Part shown: positions 1 through 9,770 of the stretch, piece after piece | How the letters are laid out: each line of letters begins with the position of its first letter | How positions within the stretch are numbered: position 1 is the stretch's first letter | Assembly (NCBI RefSeq): GCF_001194135.2 | Contig: NC_068987.1 | Span: 14,421,306 to 14,459,784, forward strand | Length of the DNA stretch: 38,479 nt | From: Octopus bimaculoides | Lineage: Eukaryota | Reading direction: 5' to 3' | Notes under the pieces: model-generated | Told to the model about the DNA's origin: nothing | The model's input: the letters and a program-made list of their open reading frames with translations, nothing else | The model's database searches: none | Position numbers and translations under genes: made by a program

Positions 1-348
1 TATATATATATATATATATTTGTGTGTGTGTGTGTGTGTGTCTTTGTATCAATATTTATGAGTATGTATATATATATATATATGTGTTTTTTTTTGTGTG
101 TGTATGTGCGTGTGTGAGTGTGTGCGTGTGTGAGTGTGTGCGTGTGTGCGTGAGTGTGCTTGTGTCAGTATGTTTATGTATATAAATGTTGGATTAATGG
201 ATTAAGATAGAAGTAAAAGGTGGACAAAGTAAATGGAGGTACATGAAGAAAACCATTAGAGTGAACTGCACAAAGAAGCCATCTTGAACACACGCATAAA
301 AGTGTTTACAGAGGTATACGAATATACGGGTATATACGGGTATGTACG

Positions 349-379
349 TACCTACCTACCTACCTACCTACCTACCTAC

Positions 380-431
<52 letters not shown>

Positions 432-432
432 A
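349..432. repeat. Compound tetranucleotide microsatellite (TACC)n-(TATC)n
   Basis: Directly visible perfect repeats. Similar (TATC)n tracts lie at about 12831-12905, 17968-18012, 21776-21843, 27682-27819 and 30667-30768. Confidence 0.95.
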
Positions 433-764
433 TTCGTACTTACTAATGTAGCGTAAAGAGTGACATAGACACAAGACTAATACGTGTACTTAAAAATACT
501 TTTGTGGACTTAGAAGTAAATATCAGAAACATGCAGAAGTATTTATAGAAACGTGGACAGCTAAGAAACATTTCCATCGTAGATTTTGGCTAAAAGCTAT
601 TTAATTGTTGATGAACCGTTCAGTTAAATACAAGGGGAAATGCTGAAACTAAAAGTATTTTAGAATAATCAGATAGAAAAAATAACAGTAAACTAACAAA
701 CTTATTAATTGTATTAATGACTTGTTTTACTATTTCTACCGCAAAAATAGTCATACATAATCCT

Positions 765-975
765 CTCTACTGGAGGCACAAGGCCTCAAATTTGTGGAGA
801 GTGGACTAGTCGATCACATTGACCCCAGTGTTTCACTGGTGCTTAATTTATCGATTGCGAAGGATGAAAGTCAAAGTCGACCTCGGCGGAATTTGAACTC
901 GGAACGTAGCGACGGGCGAAATACCGCTAAATATTTTGCCTGGTGTGCTAATGACTCTGTCAGAGCGCTGCCTTA
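765..975 (-). mobile_element. tRNA-type SINE, family B
   Basis: Reverse complement matches the family B copy at 17278-17510 (head ggcggcgagctggcaga, B-box GAGTTCAAATTCC, then gccgaggtcgactttgcctttcatcc...gataaattaagtaccag). It ends in the ggccttgtgcc-type 3' end. Confidence 0.85.
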
Positions 976-1024
976 AAAACAAGCAAACAAACAAAAAAAA
1001 AAACAAGCAGTCATAAATAATGTA

Positions 1025-1110
1025 AGCGCATTTGTGTGGTCACTCTGCGTGCTAAGAATAGCAGCCAAATTTGTTTCAAATCACATCCTGATGTGTTAAA
1101 AAAAAAGGGG
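1025..1110 (+). repeat. Fragment of interspersed repeat family C (aatagcagccaaat...tcaaatcacaccct)
   Basis: Shares gctagaaatagcagcc...caaatcacaccct with copies at 1945-2180 and 26060-26240. Confidence 0.6.
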
Positions 1111-1136
1111 TACTGAGGGTTCTTTAACCTTTCGTG

Positions 1137-1510
1137 TCTTACTTGCTTCAGTCATTAGACTACGGCCATGCTAGGGCACCGCCTTGAAGTACTTATTATT
1201 GTTTTGAAGCCCAGTACTTATTCTATCAGTTTTTTTTACCGAACCACTAATAAACGTGGATATAAACATACGAACACCGGTTGTTACGCGGTGGGGCGAG
1301 AGACAAGCACAAACACACATACACACACAAACACAAACACACATACATATATATATACGACGGGCTTCTTTCAGTTTCCGTCTACCAAATCCACTCACAA
1401 GGCTTTGGTCGGCCCGGTGCTATAGTAGAAGACACTTTCCCAAGGTGCCACGCAGTGAGACTGAACCCGGAACCGTGTGATTGGTAAGTAAGCTACTTAC
1501 CACACAGCCA
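1137..1510 (-). mobile_element. tRNA-type SINE, family A, near full length
   Basis: Reverse complement gives the A-box-like ggctgtgtggtaag and B-box-like gggttcagtctc. These are followed by gcaccttggg..gtgtcttctactatagc, an internal (TA)n(TG)n tract and the 3' end gcatggccgtagtctaatgactgaagcaagtaag, as in the copy at 15178-15587. Confidence 0.9.
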
Positions 1511-1511
1511 T

Positions 1512-1620
1512 GAGCCACTCTTGTGCCTATGAGTCACTCCTGTGCCTATGAGCCACTCTTGTGCCTATGAGCCACTCCTGTGCCTATGAGCCACTCCTGT
1601 GCCTATGAGCCACTCCTGCG
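1512..1620 (-). repeat. 19-bp tandem array (about 5.7 copies) made from the SINE-A 5' end
   Basis: Units of gagccactc(c/t)tgtgcctat start at 1512, 1531, 1550, 1569, 1588 and 1607. Their reverse complement, ataggcacaggagtggctc, is the SINE-A head (compare ataggcgcaggcgtggctc at 15176). Confidence 0.9.
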
Positions 1621-1638
1621 ATGTATATGAAAAAAACA

Positions 1639-1774
1639 CGGGTTCAGTCTCACTGCGTGGCACCTTGGGAAAGTGTCTTCTACTATAGCACCGGGCCGAC
1701 CAAAGCCTTGTGAGTGGATTTGGTAGACGGAAACTGAAAGAAGCCCGTCGTATATATATATGTATGTGTGTTTG
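1639..1774 (+). repeat. Perfect 136-bp inverted duplication of 1334-1469
   Basis: Base-by-base identical to the reverse complement of 1334-1469. It is bracketed by the 20-bp direct repeat TGCGATGTATATGAAAAAAA at 1617-1636 and 1773-1792. Confidence 0.9.
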
Positions 1775-1944
1775 CGATGTATATGAAAAAAATTTTACTG
1801 TATTTTTATATTAGGGGTTGTATAACAAAAGTGAAAATATTTTGTGTATTGTAGATGTATAAACAATAAAATCTTACATGGACCCCCAAGGGCCATATGA
1901 ATCCCAGTTGAGAATCACTGCGTTAGTGCATTCTAAATGAGTTA

Positions 1945-2180
1945 ATGGAGGAAGCCTCAGTATGGTCGCAGGACTTTTAGAAATAGCAGTTAAACCTCCT
2001 TCGAATCACACCCTGTCACCTTGGAAAAAAAAAAAAAGAATAAGAAAAGTGAGAAGGATTACATTGATTTATATCTTAGATACACAGTCTCGAAAATATG
2101 ACGGCATTCTCACGGTTGGAACGTCTTCGATGATGGATTTGCTTGGTCAATGCCGACCTCGAGCTAAATACGCAACCTCT
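1945..2180 (+). repeat. Interspersed repeat family C copy
   Basis: Contains tagaaatagcag..cgaatcacaccct, an A run, then tagatacacag...gacggcattctcacggttggaac...gctaaa. Related copies lie at 26060-26240, about 20590-20760 and about 35345-35480. Confidence 0.6.
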
Positions 2181-2241
2181 CCTTTTCCTCCTCCAGTTGC
2201 TACTACTACAATTACTAATACCACTGCTTCTGCTGCTGCCG

Positions 2242-2322
<81 letters not shown>
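2242..2322. repeat. (CTA)27 trinucleotide microsatellite
   Basis: Perfect repeat. It explains the poly-Thr, poly-Leu and poly-Val ORFs in the track. Confidence 0.95.
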
Positions 2323-2607
2323 TAGTTCGGTAGTAAGAATGCATTGAGATCTTCGTTTCAAACGGACACTTTAATGGAATTAAATATGTTTGGGATGTCT
2401 CCCTATCTTCCGTTGGTTATCTTACTACAACCGTTTATATCACACAGACCTGATAGATTTCCAAAATGTAAAAACATGTTTTAGAAAAGGGGATTATTCA
2501 AGGAACGATAGATTGTCCTTAGAAGAAGGCTAGTTAATTGCATTTCGATATAACTTGGTGGAAAATAATGGAGAAGAAAGAAAAGAGAAGAAACGAAGAG
2601 AGAAACT

Positions 2608-2641
<34 letters not shown>

Positions 2642-3227
2642 NNNNNNNNNNNNNNNNNNNNNNNNNNNNNNNNNNNNNNNNNNNNNNNNNNNNNNNNNNN
2701 NNNNNNNNNNNNNNNNNNNNNNNNNNNNNNNNNNNNNNNNNNNNNNNNNNNNNNNNNNNNNNNNNNNNNNNNNNNNNNNNNNNNNNNNNNNNNNNNNNNN
2801 NNNNNNNNNNNNNNNNNNNNNNNNNNNNNNNNNNNNNNNNNNNNNNNNNNNNNNNNNNNNNNNNNNNNNNNNNNNNNNNNNNNNNNNNNNNNNNNNNNNN
2901 NNNNNNNNNNNNNNNNNNNNNNNNNNNNNNNNNNNNNNNNNNNNNNNNNNNNNNNNNNNNNNNNNNNNNNNNNNNNNNNNNNNNNNNNNNNNNNNNNNNN
3001 NNNNNNNNNNNNNNNNNNNNNNNNNNNNNNNNNNNNNNNNNNNNNNNNNNNNNNNNNNNNNNNNNNNNNNNNNNNNNNNNNNNNNNNNNNNNNNNNNNNN
3101 NNNNNNNNNNNNNNNNNNNNNNNNNNNNNNNNNNNNNNNNNNNNNNNNNNNNNNNNNNNNNNNNNNNNNNNNNNNNNNNNNNNNNNNNNNNNNNNNNNNN
3201 NNNNNTATGTATGTATATATTCATGTG

Positions 3228-3397
3228 TGTGTGTTGGCGTGTTTACGTCTTCGTAACTTAGCGGTTCGGCAAAAGAGACCGGTAGAATAAGTATTAGGCT
3301 TACAAAGAATACGTCCTGGGGTCGATTTCTTCGACTAAAGGCGGTGCTCCAGCATGACCGCAGTCAGGTGACTGAAACAAGTAAAGTAATAAAAGAA
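3228..3397 (+). mobile_element. SINE family A, 3' half (5' part lost in or near the gap)
   Basis: gtgtttacgtc..gtaacttagcggttcggcaaaagagacc..ggggtcgatttcttcgactaaaggcggtgctccagcatg..tgactgaaacaagtaa matches the 3' half of the other A copies. Confidence 0.85.
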
Positions 3398-3402
3398 TAT
3401 AT

Positions 3403-3458
<56 letters not shown>

Positions 3459-4249
3459 AGTAGTGTGTTTATGTATGTGGTAATAAGACTACGAAAGTGA
3501 GAAAGAACTCAATACCTAGGTTGTATAAATGTTTAATACGTGAGGACAGAGTCCAAGCTTACAACATTCCGTTGCTCAGAGTTTCATGTTCTTTGTCATT
3601 GACCATTCCTCATTTGGATTTAGCCGATGGAACGGATTGTCTTCTTGGTCAATTTCAAACTTGCCTGATATGTGTCGCAACAAGGATATCCAGAGGTAAT
3701 GCAGTACGATCGTTTCACACAACTCCATTTTATTGAACAATGCAGCCATTACATCAATTTATGTGCAGAGCAATCCTAAGCTGCACAAAGACAGAATTTA
3801 ATTAAATCTTGATTTTTATGACTATACCCACTATAATTTCTGTCGACTCCCTCAGCCCTACCCCTAATAGACACTGCCTCTGTTCTCTCGGCCTTAGATA
3901 TACAAGGATTTGAGAAAACTAGTCTATAAATTAAAACTGACCTCATAAAACAGTGACAAGCAAAATCTGTAACAAGTCTTTCTTCCTGATACCTTAGTAG
4001 CTTCTAAGTGNNNNNNNNNNCAAAATCTGTAACAAGTCTTTCTTCCTGATACCTTAGTAGCTTCTAAGTGGAAGTGAAGGCAGCATGTTCTTTGTCTATC
4101 TCTTTGTGTGTGTGTCTGCATGTATGTGTATCCATTTGTAGACATCATTGTTTATTTTTATGTCAATTTATAATGAAAATAATTAGACACTAAACATTTT
4201 TATCTACACACGCGCGCACACACACATATATATATTGCACTCTTACAAG

Positions 4250-4344
4250 GAGAGGATGACAGTGATTTCGAAGTTACGGGCTGCTAAGCTTCTGATAAAA
4301 CTTTCACGACACTATCACCCTTTATCATGTCAAAGCGTAGTAAT

Positions 4345-4376
<32 letters not shown>

Positions 4377-4388
4377 TGTATATATGTA

Positions 4389-4443
<55 letters not shown>

Positions 4444-4582
4444 ACCTATCAATACATACATACATACATACATACATACATACATACATACATACATACA
4501 TCAAGTTGAAATTCCAATGGATCTTGGTTAGAAACTGGTTCTTTCTCTATTGGCAAGAAATCTTGAAATAAACTGAATAATG
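4250..4582 (+). repeat. Interspersed repeat family E (two conserved halves separated by microsatellites)
   Basis: 4501-4582 aligns with the reverse complement of 31439-31535. The segment taagcttctgataaaactttcacga aligns with taagactttctgtaaaactttctcga, the reverse complement near 31655-31682. Confidence 0.6.
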
Positions 4583-4760
4583 ATACACACACACACACAC
4601 ACACACACACATACCCCCCCCCCNNNNNNNNNNNNNNNNNNNNNNNNNNATACTGATTGATATATAGATATAGATAGGTAGGTTAAAGGATAGACAGAGC
4701 TATATATAAGCAGGCAAGTCGATTACATTATAAGCTAATTATCCGAAAGCATAGGAAAGC

Positions 4761-4799
<39 letters not shown>

Positions 4800-4884
4800 T
4801 GCATGTACGCATCCTCCACACGTGAGCAGTGTTTATCTCAATCTAACAATTATTTATCCTGTTTATAGACTTGAAGTACTCTCG

Positions 4885-4975
4885 TACTCTCCTCAACCGG
4901 CACGCCGATCCACCACCCAATGTTCTGGAAATATGGCGTCGAAGATAATTATGTGTTATTTCTTGAGGAAATCGG
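4885..4975 (-). mobile_element. Possible relic of a Tc1/mariner-superfamily transposase
   Basis: With one frameshift the minus strand reads HNYL-DAIFPEHWVVDRRA. This resembles the YL..FP..WIGR.G segment that precedes WP.RSPDL in IS630/Tc1/mariner transposases, but the downstream motif is absent. Confidence 0.3.
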
Positions 4976-5070
4976 TAAGATATGTTTACTCTCTGTCTCT
5001 TTCTCGACCATACATGTTTAGATCACAATTATACATACATGCATGCATGCATACATACACACATACATAC

Positions 5071-5102
<32 letters not shown>

Positions 5103-5364
5103 GCCATCATCCATCCATATTTAAAAATAAAACCAGAGCGTACTCACAGACACAGACACGTACAGACACACCCATACAACCATCATGTTTACATATATAC
5201 ACACACATACATGTATACATAAATACATATATACATACATACATACATACACGTACTTATCCTTCCCCCACATACACTTGCATACACACATATACATATA
5301 TACTTTCATGCAATGACATGCGTACATGCAGACATGCATACGTATGAATTATGTAAATACATAT

Positions 5365-5645
5365 ATAGGCGCGGGAGTAGCTGTGTGGTAAGTAGCTTGC
5401 TTACCAACCACATGGTTTTGGGTTCAGTCCCACANNNNNNNNNNNNNNNNNNNNNNNNNNNNNNNNNNNNNNNNNNNNNNNNNNNNNNNNNNNNNNNNNN
5501 NNNNNNNNNNNNNNNNNNNNNNNNNNNNNNNNNNNNNNNNNNNNNNNNNNNNNNNNNNNNNNCATATATAGGCGCGGGAGTAGCTGTGTGGTAAGTAGCT
5601 TGCTTACCAACCACATGGTTTTGGGTTCAGTCCCACAGCGTGGGT
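5365..5645 (+). mobile_element. SINE family A head (same read duplicated across an N gap)
   Basis: ggcgcgggagtagctgtgtggtaagtagcttgcttaccaaccacatggttttgggttcagtcccaca is identical on both sides of the gap. Confidence 0.8.
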
Positions 5646-5664
5646 ACTCGTGAAAAGACTATCA

Positions 5665-5845
5665 GGACAATTACCCCACTAGGACAATTACCTCCCCCCC
5701 TTCTGGACAGTTTCCCCGACGACAACTACCCCTAGGACAATTACTTCCCTTGGTTAATTACCCCCTCCAATATATATAAGAAGTTTTAAATCATCATCTG
5801 TTCTCCTCAGGGGTAATTGTCCTTGGCGGGGAGGGTTATTGTCCA
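5665..5845. repeat. Foldback-like element of GGACAATTACCCC motifs
   Basis: About six degenerate direct copies at 5665-5765 face inverted copies ggggtaattgtcc (5810) and gggttattgtcc (5832). Confidence 0.55.
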
Positions 5846-6044
5846 TGGGGGTGGCACAGAATATTTGACAAGAAATATATGTTTTTGATGAATTGCAAGA
5901 GAAGAGCGGAGAAAATATGTGGTACTGAATGCTACAAGTTGTCTATATAGGACAGGCGGGAATGATGGCCGATGTGGTAGAAAAAATATACATTTTCTGT
6001 TTACCAAAATTCACTCATAAGGCGTTGTGCCTTCTTTTGTGCAA

Positions 6045-6530
6045 TAAATCCTTAATTTTTGGCGCAAGGCCAGTAATTTTGATGGGAGGGGTAAGTCGAT
6101 AATATCGACTTCTGTGTTGTATCTCGTCATCACTGTTATGTCCTTCTTGGACTCATTGTATATGCCACTTTATAACGTGGACTTATAACAAGGTTATAAC
6201 AATACAAATATAAATCAGAACAACACCGAACAAACAATATCTCTTCTGAACGACTTCTACGACTGTCTTCACAAAGCGCCTGCACACACCACACTGTCCC
6301 CGACTGACAGTGCGCATGTGCCTTTATACGGTTTAGGGCAGTTGACAGGGGTGTCAGAATTTCGCCACAACGTCCTGTGCTAATCCGGTACTTATTTTAT
6401 TGAGTCCGAAAGTATGAAAGGCAAAGTCGAACTCGTCAGGATTTGAACTTACTCAGAATGTAAAGAGCCGGAAGAAATACCACTAAGCATTTTGTCCGAC
6501 GCTCTAACGATCCTACCAGCTCGCCGCCTA
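6045..6530 (-). mobile_element. SINE family B interrupted by a solo-LTR-like insert
   Basis: Removing 6115-6372 plus one TSD copy restores atcgacttctgtgctaatccggtacttattttat, colinear with other B copies. The head ccagctcgccgcc lies at 6515-6528. Confidence 0.8.
6115..6372 (-). mobile_element. 258-bp solo-LTR-like insertion
   Basis: Termini TGTTGT...ACAAC(G), with a 5-bp TSD ttctg/tcctg (one mismatch). A TATAAA followed by TCAGT lies on the minus strand (6328-6303). The insert cleanly interrupts a SINE. Confidence 0.65.
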
Positions 6531-6547
6531 ATCCTTGGTTTAATAAT

Positions 6548-7128
6548 CCTTTCTACAGGGTGTCCACAAGGTCTGGGTACATGGAGTAAATAAAATCATA
6601 ACATAAACAATTAAATATGAGAAATAATAATTTATTAAAGTATGTGTTAATCCCTATGTAGGTACATGGAGTAAATAAAATCATAACATAAACAATTAAA
6701 TATGAGAAATAATAATTTATTAAAGTATGTGTTAATCCTCATGTAGGTACATGGAGTAAATAAAATCATAACATAAACAATTAAATATGAGAAATAATAA
6801 TTTATTAAAGTATGTGTTAATCCTCATGTAGGCACATGGAGTAAATAAAATCATAACATAAACAATTAAATATAACGAATAATGATTTCTTAAAGTATGT
6901 GTTAATCCCCATGTACCCAGACTTTGTGGACACCCTGTATTATAGGCACAGGAGGGGACTTGTCGATTACATCGACCCCAGTGCTCGACTGGTACTTAAA
7001 ATTTATCGACCCCGAAAGGATGAAAAGGAAAGTCGACCTCGGCGGAATTTGAACTCAGAGCGCAACGACAGAATGCCGCTAAGCATTTCGTCATGCGTCT
7101 TAACGACTGTGCCAGCTCGCCGCCTTAT
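6548..7128 (-). mobile_element. SINE family B with a 17-bp TSD, interrupted by a MITE
   Basis: B-family body at 6940-7125. The direct repeat ATCCTTGGTTTAATAAT occurs at 6531-6547 and 7129-7145. Confidence 0.85.
6556..6937. mobile_element. Tc1/mariner-type MITE with 29-bp TIRs, TA TSD and an internal 4 x 85-bp array
   Basis: Left TIR CAGGGTGTCCACAAGGTCTGGGTACATGG (6556-6584) and right TIR (6909-6937) differ by one base. TA flanks both ends (6554-55, 6938-39). The 85-bp units start at 6576, 6661, 6746 and 6831. Confidence 0.9.
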
Positions 7129-7629
7129 ATCCTTGGTTTAATAATGGAAGATATTTGCTGAAGCAAGTAAAATGATGCATTAATACGGAAACAACCTCAT
7201 AACATCGTTTTGAAGATTAATGATGGCAAAGACAAAGTAATTAAAACAGGGGCGTCAGCCAGCGCAATATGCGCTGAAGATAAACTTTCTTGACAGACTT
7301 CCAAATATTTTCTAGTCTGGAACTTTTGAAACTGTAATAGATAGCATTTGGGTAGATGATCTCTGGGAAGAAAACATTATTGAAATAACTCATTTAAAAT
7401 TCAGAAAGAAAAGTTGTAACCACCCAGTCTGGATTTTCAGATATTGGTGATCGATGGCACGTTATCCAATGTGCCTTCTCATGTACATAATAACAAAACA
7501 CAAACATGATAAAACTTCCAATCAGTTAAGATCAGAAGCCATGAGAGCCAATGCCTGGTATTGCAATTATGGCTGGGTTCAAACCAGGGCCGCAGAAAAT
7601 CCATTTGCAACACTTCTCGGTCCATCATC

Positions 7630-7890
7630 ACTGCCAGTGTCTGCGATCAAGTTGTCAACGTAAGTGTGACAACGTTTAACTTTTCTTATATCACCATGAA
7701 GTCGGTTCCATAAGATTAATTTGGATGCTTCCAGTTCAGAGTGGCGCAGGTTGTGACCAGATAGCCGCAGTCGTCTTTGCCTCATCTTCTCGATAACTTT
7801 CGGCAGGTTCCCTTAAAAGTATCCGTTTGTCATATATTGCTACCATATCACATTTAGGGGCCATTCGTAGCATTCTTGTGTAGCAGCAAT
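7630..7890 (-). mobile_element. RTE-clade-like LINE, decayed C-terminus of the ORF
   Basis: The minus frame reads CYTRMLRMALNVIW*QYMTNGYF*GNLPKVIEKMRQRRLRLSGHNLRHSELEASKLILWNRLHGDIRKVKRCHTYVDNLIADTG. This is the typical post-RT C-terminal pattern of RTE-like elements (LDGCYTRMLR...RRLRLAGH...LW.P.HG). It has two in-frame stops. Confidence 0.75.
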
Positions 7891-8184
7891 GTAGCCCGTT
7901 TGAGAATTTCATAACAACTTAAACTAAAGAAAACCAGGAAATCTAAATTGTCCAGGCCAATCAAAATCAAGCAACTGGTCAGCACTGAATGAACACATCT
8001 TATGATCAAAAGCATTCTATCCGTGTCCATTATATATTTTTCTTTGTGCAGGGAAATCAAGACTACATTGATCAACGTAGTCAATGATACGCAAGAATAT
8101 GGAAATAGCAACGGCAGGGATATCATTTACAGGGTTTACTTAATCAGGGCCCATCTGTAGCGAAACGACTGCAACCAGTATTTT

Positions 8185-8558
8185 TTTTATTTGTTTCAGT
8201 TATTGCAGTGTGGCCATGGTTGGAGTCCTACATTAATAAAAAAAATTTGGTTTTAGTCGAACAAATCAATTCCGGTACTTATTAATAAAAAAAAAGGGAC
8301 TGATTTTATCGGTCTCTTTTACAGAACAGCGAATTTACGGGAAGGTAAACAAACCAACACTGGTCGTCAAGTAGGATGGGAAGACAAACACAGACACATA
8401 CACGCGACGAACTTCTACACAATTTCTATCGACCAAATTCTCTCACAAGGATTTGGTGGCCTGGGTCTATTGTCCAAGGTGCCGCGCGGTGGAGGTGAAC
8501 CCGAAACCGTTTGGTTGCAAAACGAGCTTTTGAACCACACAGCTATGCCTGCGCATAT
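8185..8558 (-). mobile_element. SINE family A, old diverged copy
   Basis: Reverse complement shows gcgcaggcatagctgtgtggttcaaaagctcg..gggttcacc..gcaccttggac and the A-family 3' half. Confidence 0.75.
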
Positions 8559-9559
8559 AATAAATTTATCGAACGAAACTATTTCTTTTTCCAAAGGTTC
8601 GTTAAAATAAAATTCGTTAATTGTTCTGGGAGTTCAATTTTCATTTTTTCAATATGAAATATTTATTAAAAAGTTATTTTCCCGATCCTTTTAATATCGT
8701 CGATTTTATATATGCAGATTTATGCAAATTTACCCCATAATTACACTGACTGTGTTAACTGGTTAATAAATACTGTTGAATGAATTACGATGCTACATTG
8801 CGGCACTCATAAGCTGCTTCTTGCTTCTGATTTCAGGTTTTCGTTTAGAAATGCATGTGAATGTGTGTGTATATGTGTGTGTCTGTGTGTGTATATGTGT
8901 GTGTCTGTGTGTGTATATGTGTGTGTCTGTGTGTGTATATGTGTGTGTCTGTGTGTATATGTGTGTGTCTGTGTGTGTGTGAAAGTATTCATACATGCAC
9001 ACACACACACACACACATAAAAAGAAGACAACAATCGGAAAATATGACATACCTATATGTATATATAATTCAAAAGAACGCATAGTAAATAAACAAACGA
9101 ACATATACCAAATACACAGGCAAACAGACAACACAGAAGGTCACTTACTCTCCATCAGTTATCGGCCAGAGGGTCAAACACAATTTCGGCCATTATCGAT
9201 AATATTGATTCCACTCCGGGGGCACCAGCAAGAAACTTGCCGGGAATAGGACCAAAACGCAACAAAACAAGACGGGCTCGAGACGAAACCGTTAGTGAAC
9301 GGACGAGGGACAAAACAATAAACAGAATAAAGGCTTAGGGCCACACGAAGACAACAGTTAATAATGATAATAATACAATGCAAAAAAAAAAAAAAAAGAC
9401 CTTGGGGCTGCAAGACATGACAAAATTGGGTAACGCAAAGGTGAAATGAAAACTGTCCTAAAGGACTATAGACACGGGAAGGGTAGAGCGAGGAGCTCAG
9501 AAAATCGTGACCAGTGCGCGCGAAGGCAACGCGAAAAAGAATGACACCGCTTTAGGTTG

Positions 9560-9770
9560 TCTCAATCGGTGTTGGTTTGTTTACGTTGTCGTAACCTAGC
9601 GGTTCTGCCAAAGATCGATAGAACAAAGATCGATAAAAGATCGATAAAACAAAAACAAAAACAAGTGCGTGGGGTTGATTTATTCGACTAGAAATTCTTC
9701 AAGGTGCCCCAGCACGGCCGCATTCCAATGACTGAAACAAGTAAACGATTAAAGAAAAGATAAAAGATAT
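9560..9770 (+). mobile_element. SINE family A, 3' half
   Basis: gtttacgttgtcgtaacctagcggttc..ggggttgatttattcgact..ccagcacggccgca..aatgactgaaacaagtaaa; contains a small aaagatcgata triplication. Confidence 0.75.

Noticed and set aside
2481-3290. Long ORFs of 200-390 aa in the track, here and at the other gaps
   Set aside because: They consist of X residues from N runs plus microsatellite translations.
3560-3750. Minus-strand frame MAALFNKMELCETIV...KFEIDQEDNPFHRLNPNEEWSMTKNMKL*
   Set aside because: It is under 60 codons, bounded by stops, lacks convincing splice sites and has no recognised homology.
3961-4070. Exact 50-bp direct repeat around a 10-N gap
   Set aside because: Identical sequence on both sides of a placeholder gap is an unmerged contig overlap, not biology.
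5360-5640. Two identical SINE heads in tandem
   Set aside because: They flank an N gap and are identical, so this is most likely an assembly overlap.
6576-6915. Regularly spaced repeats as a possible CRISPR array (also 38242-38381)
   Set aside because: The units are contiguous with no unique spacers, there are no cas genes, and the context is a eukaryotic TE.
9150-9560. GC-richer unique block with separated ggccgaaatt and ctgatgg motifs
   Set aside because: I could not fold it into a hammerhead or find LTR/TIR ends or a TSD, so it is left unassigned.
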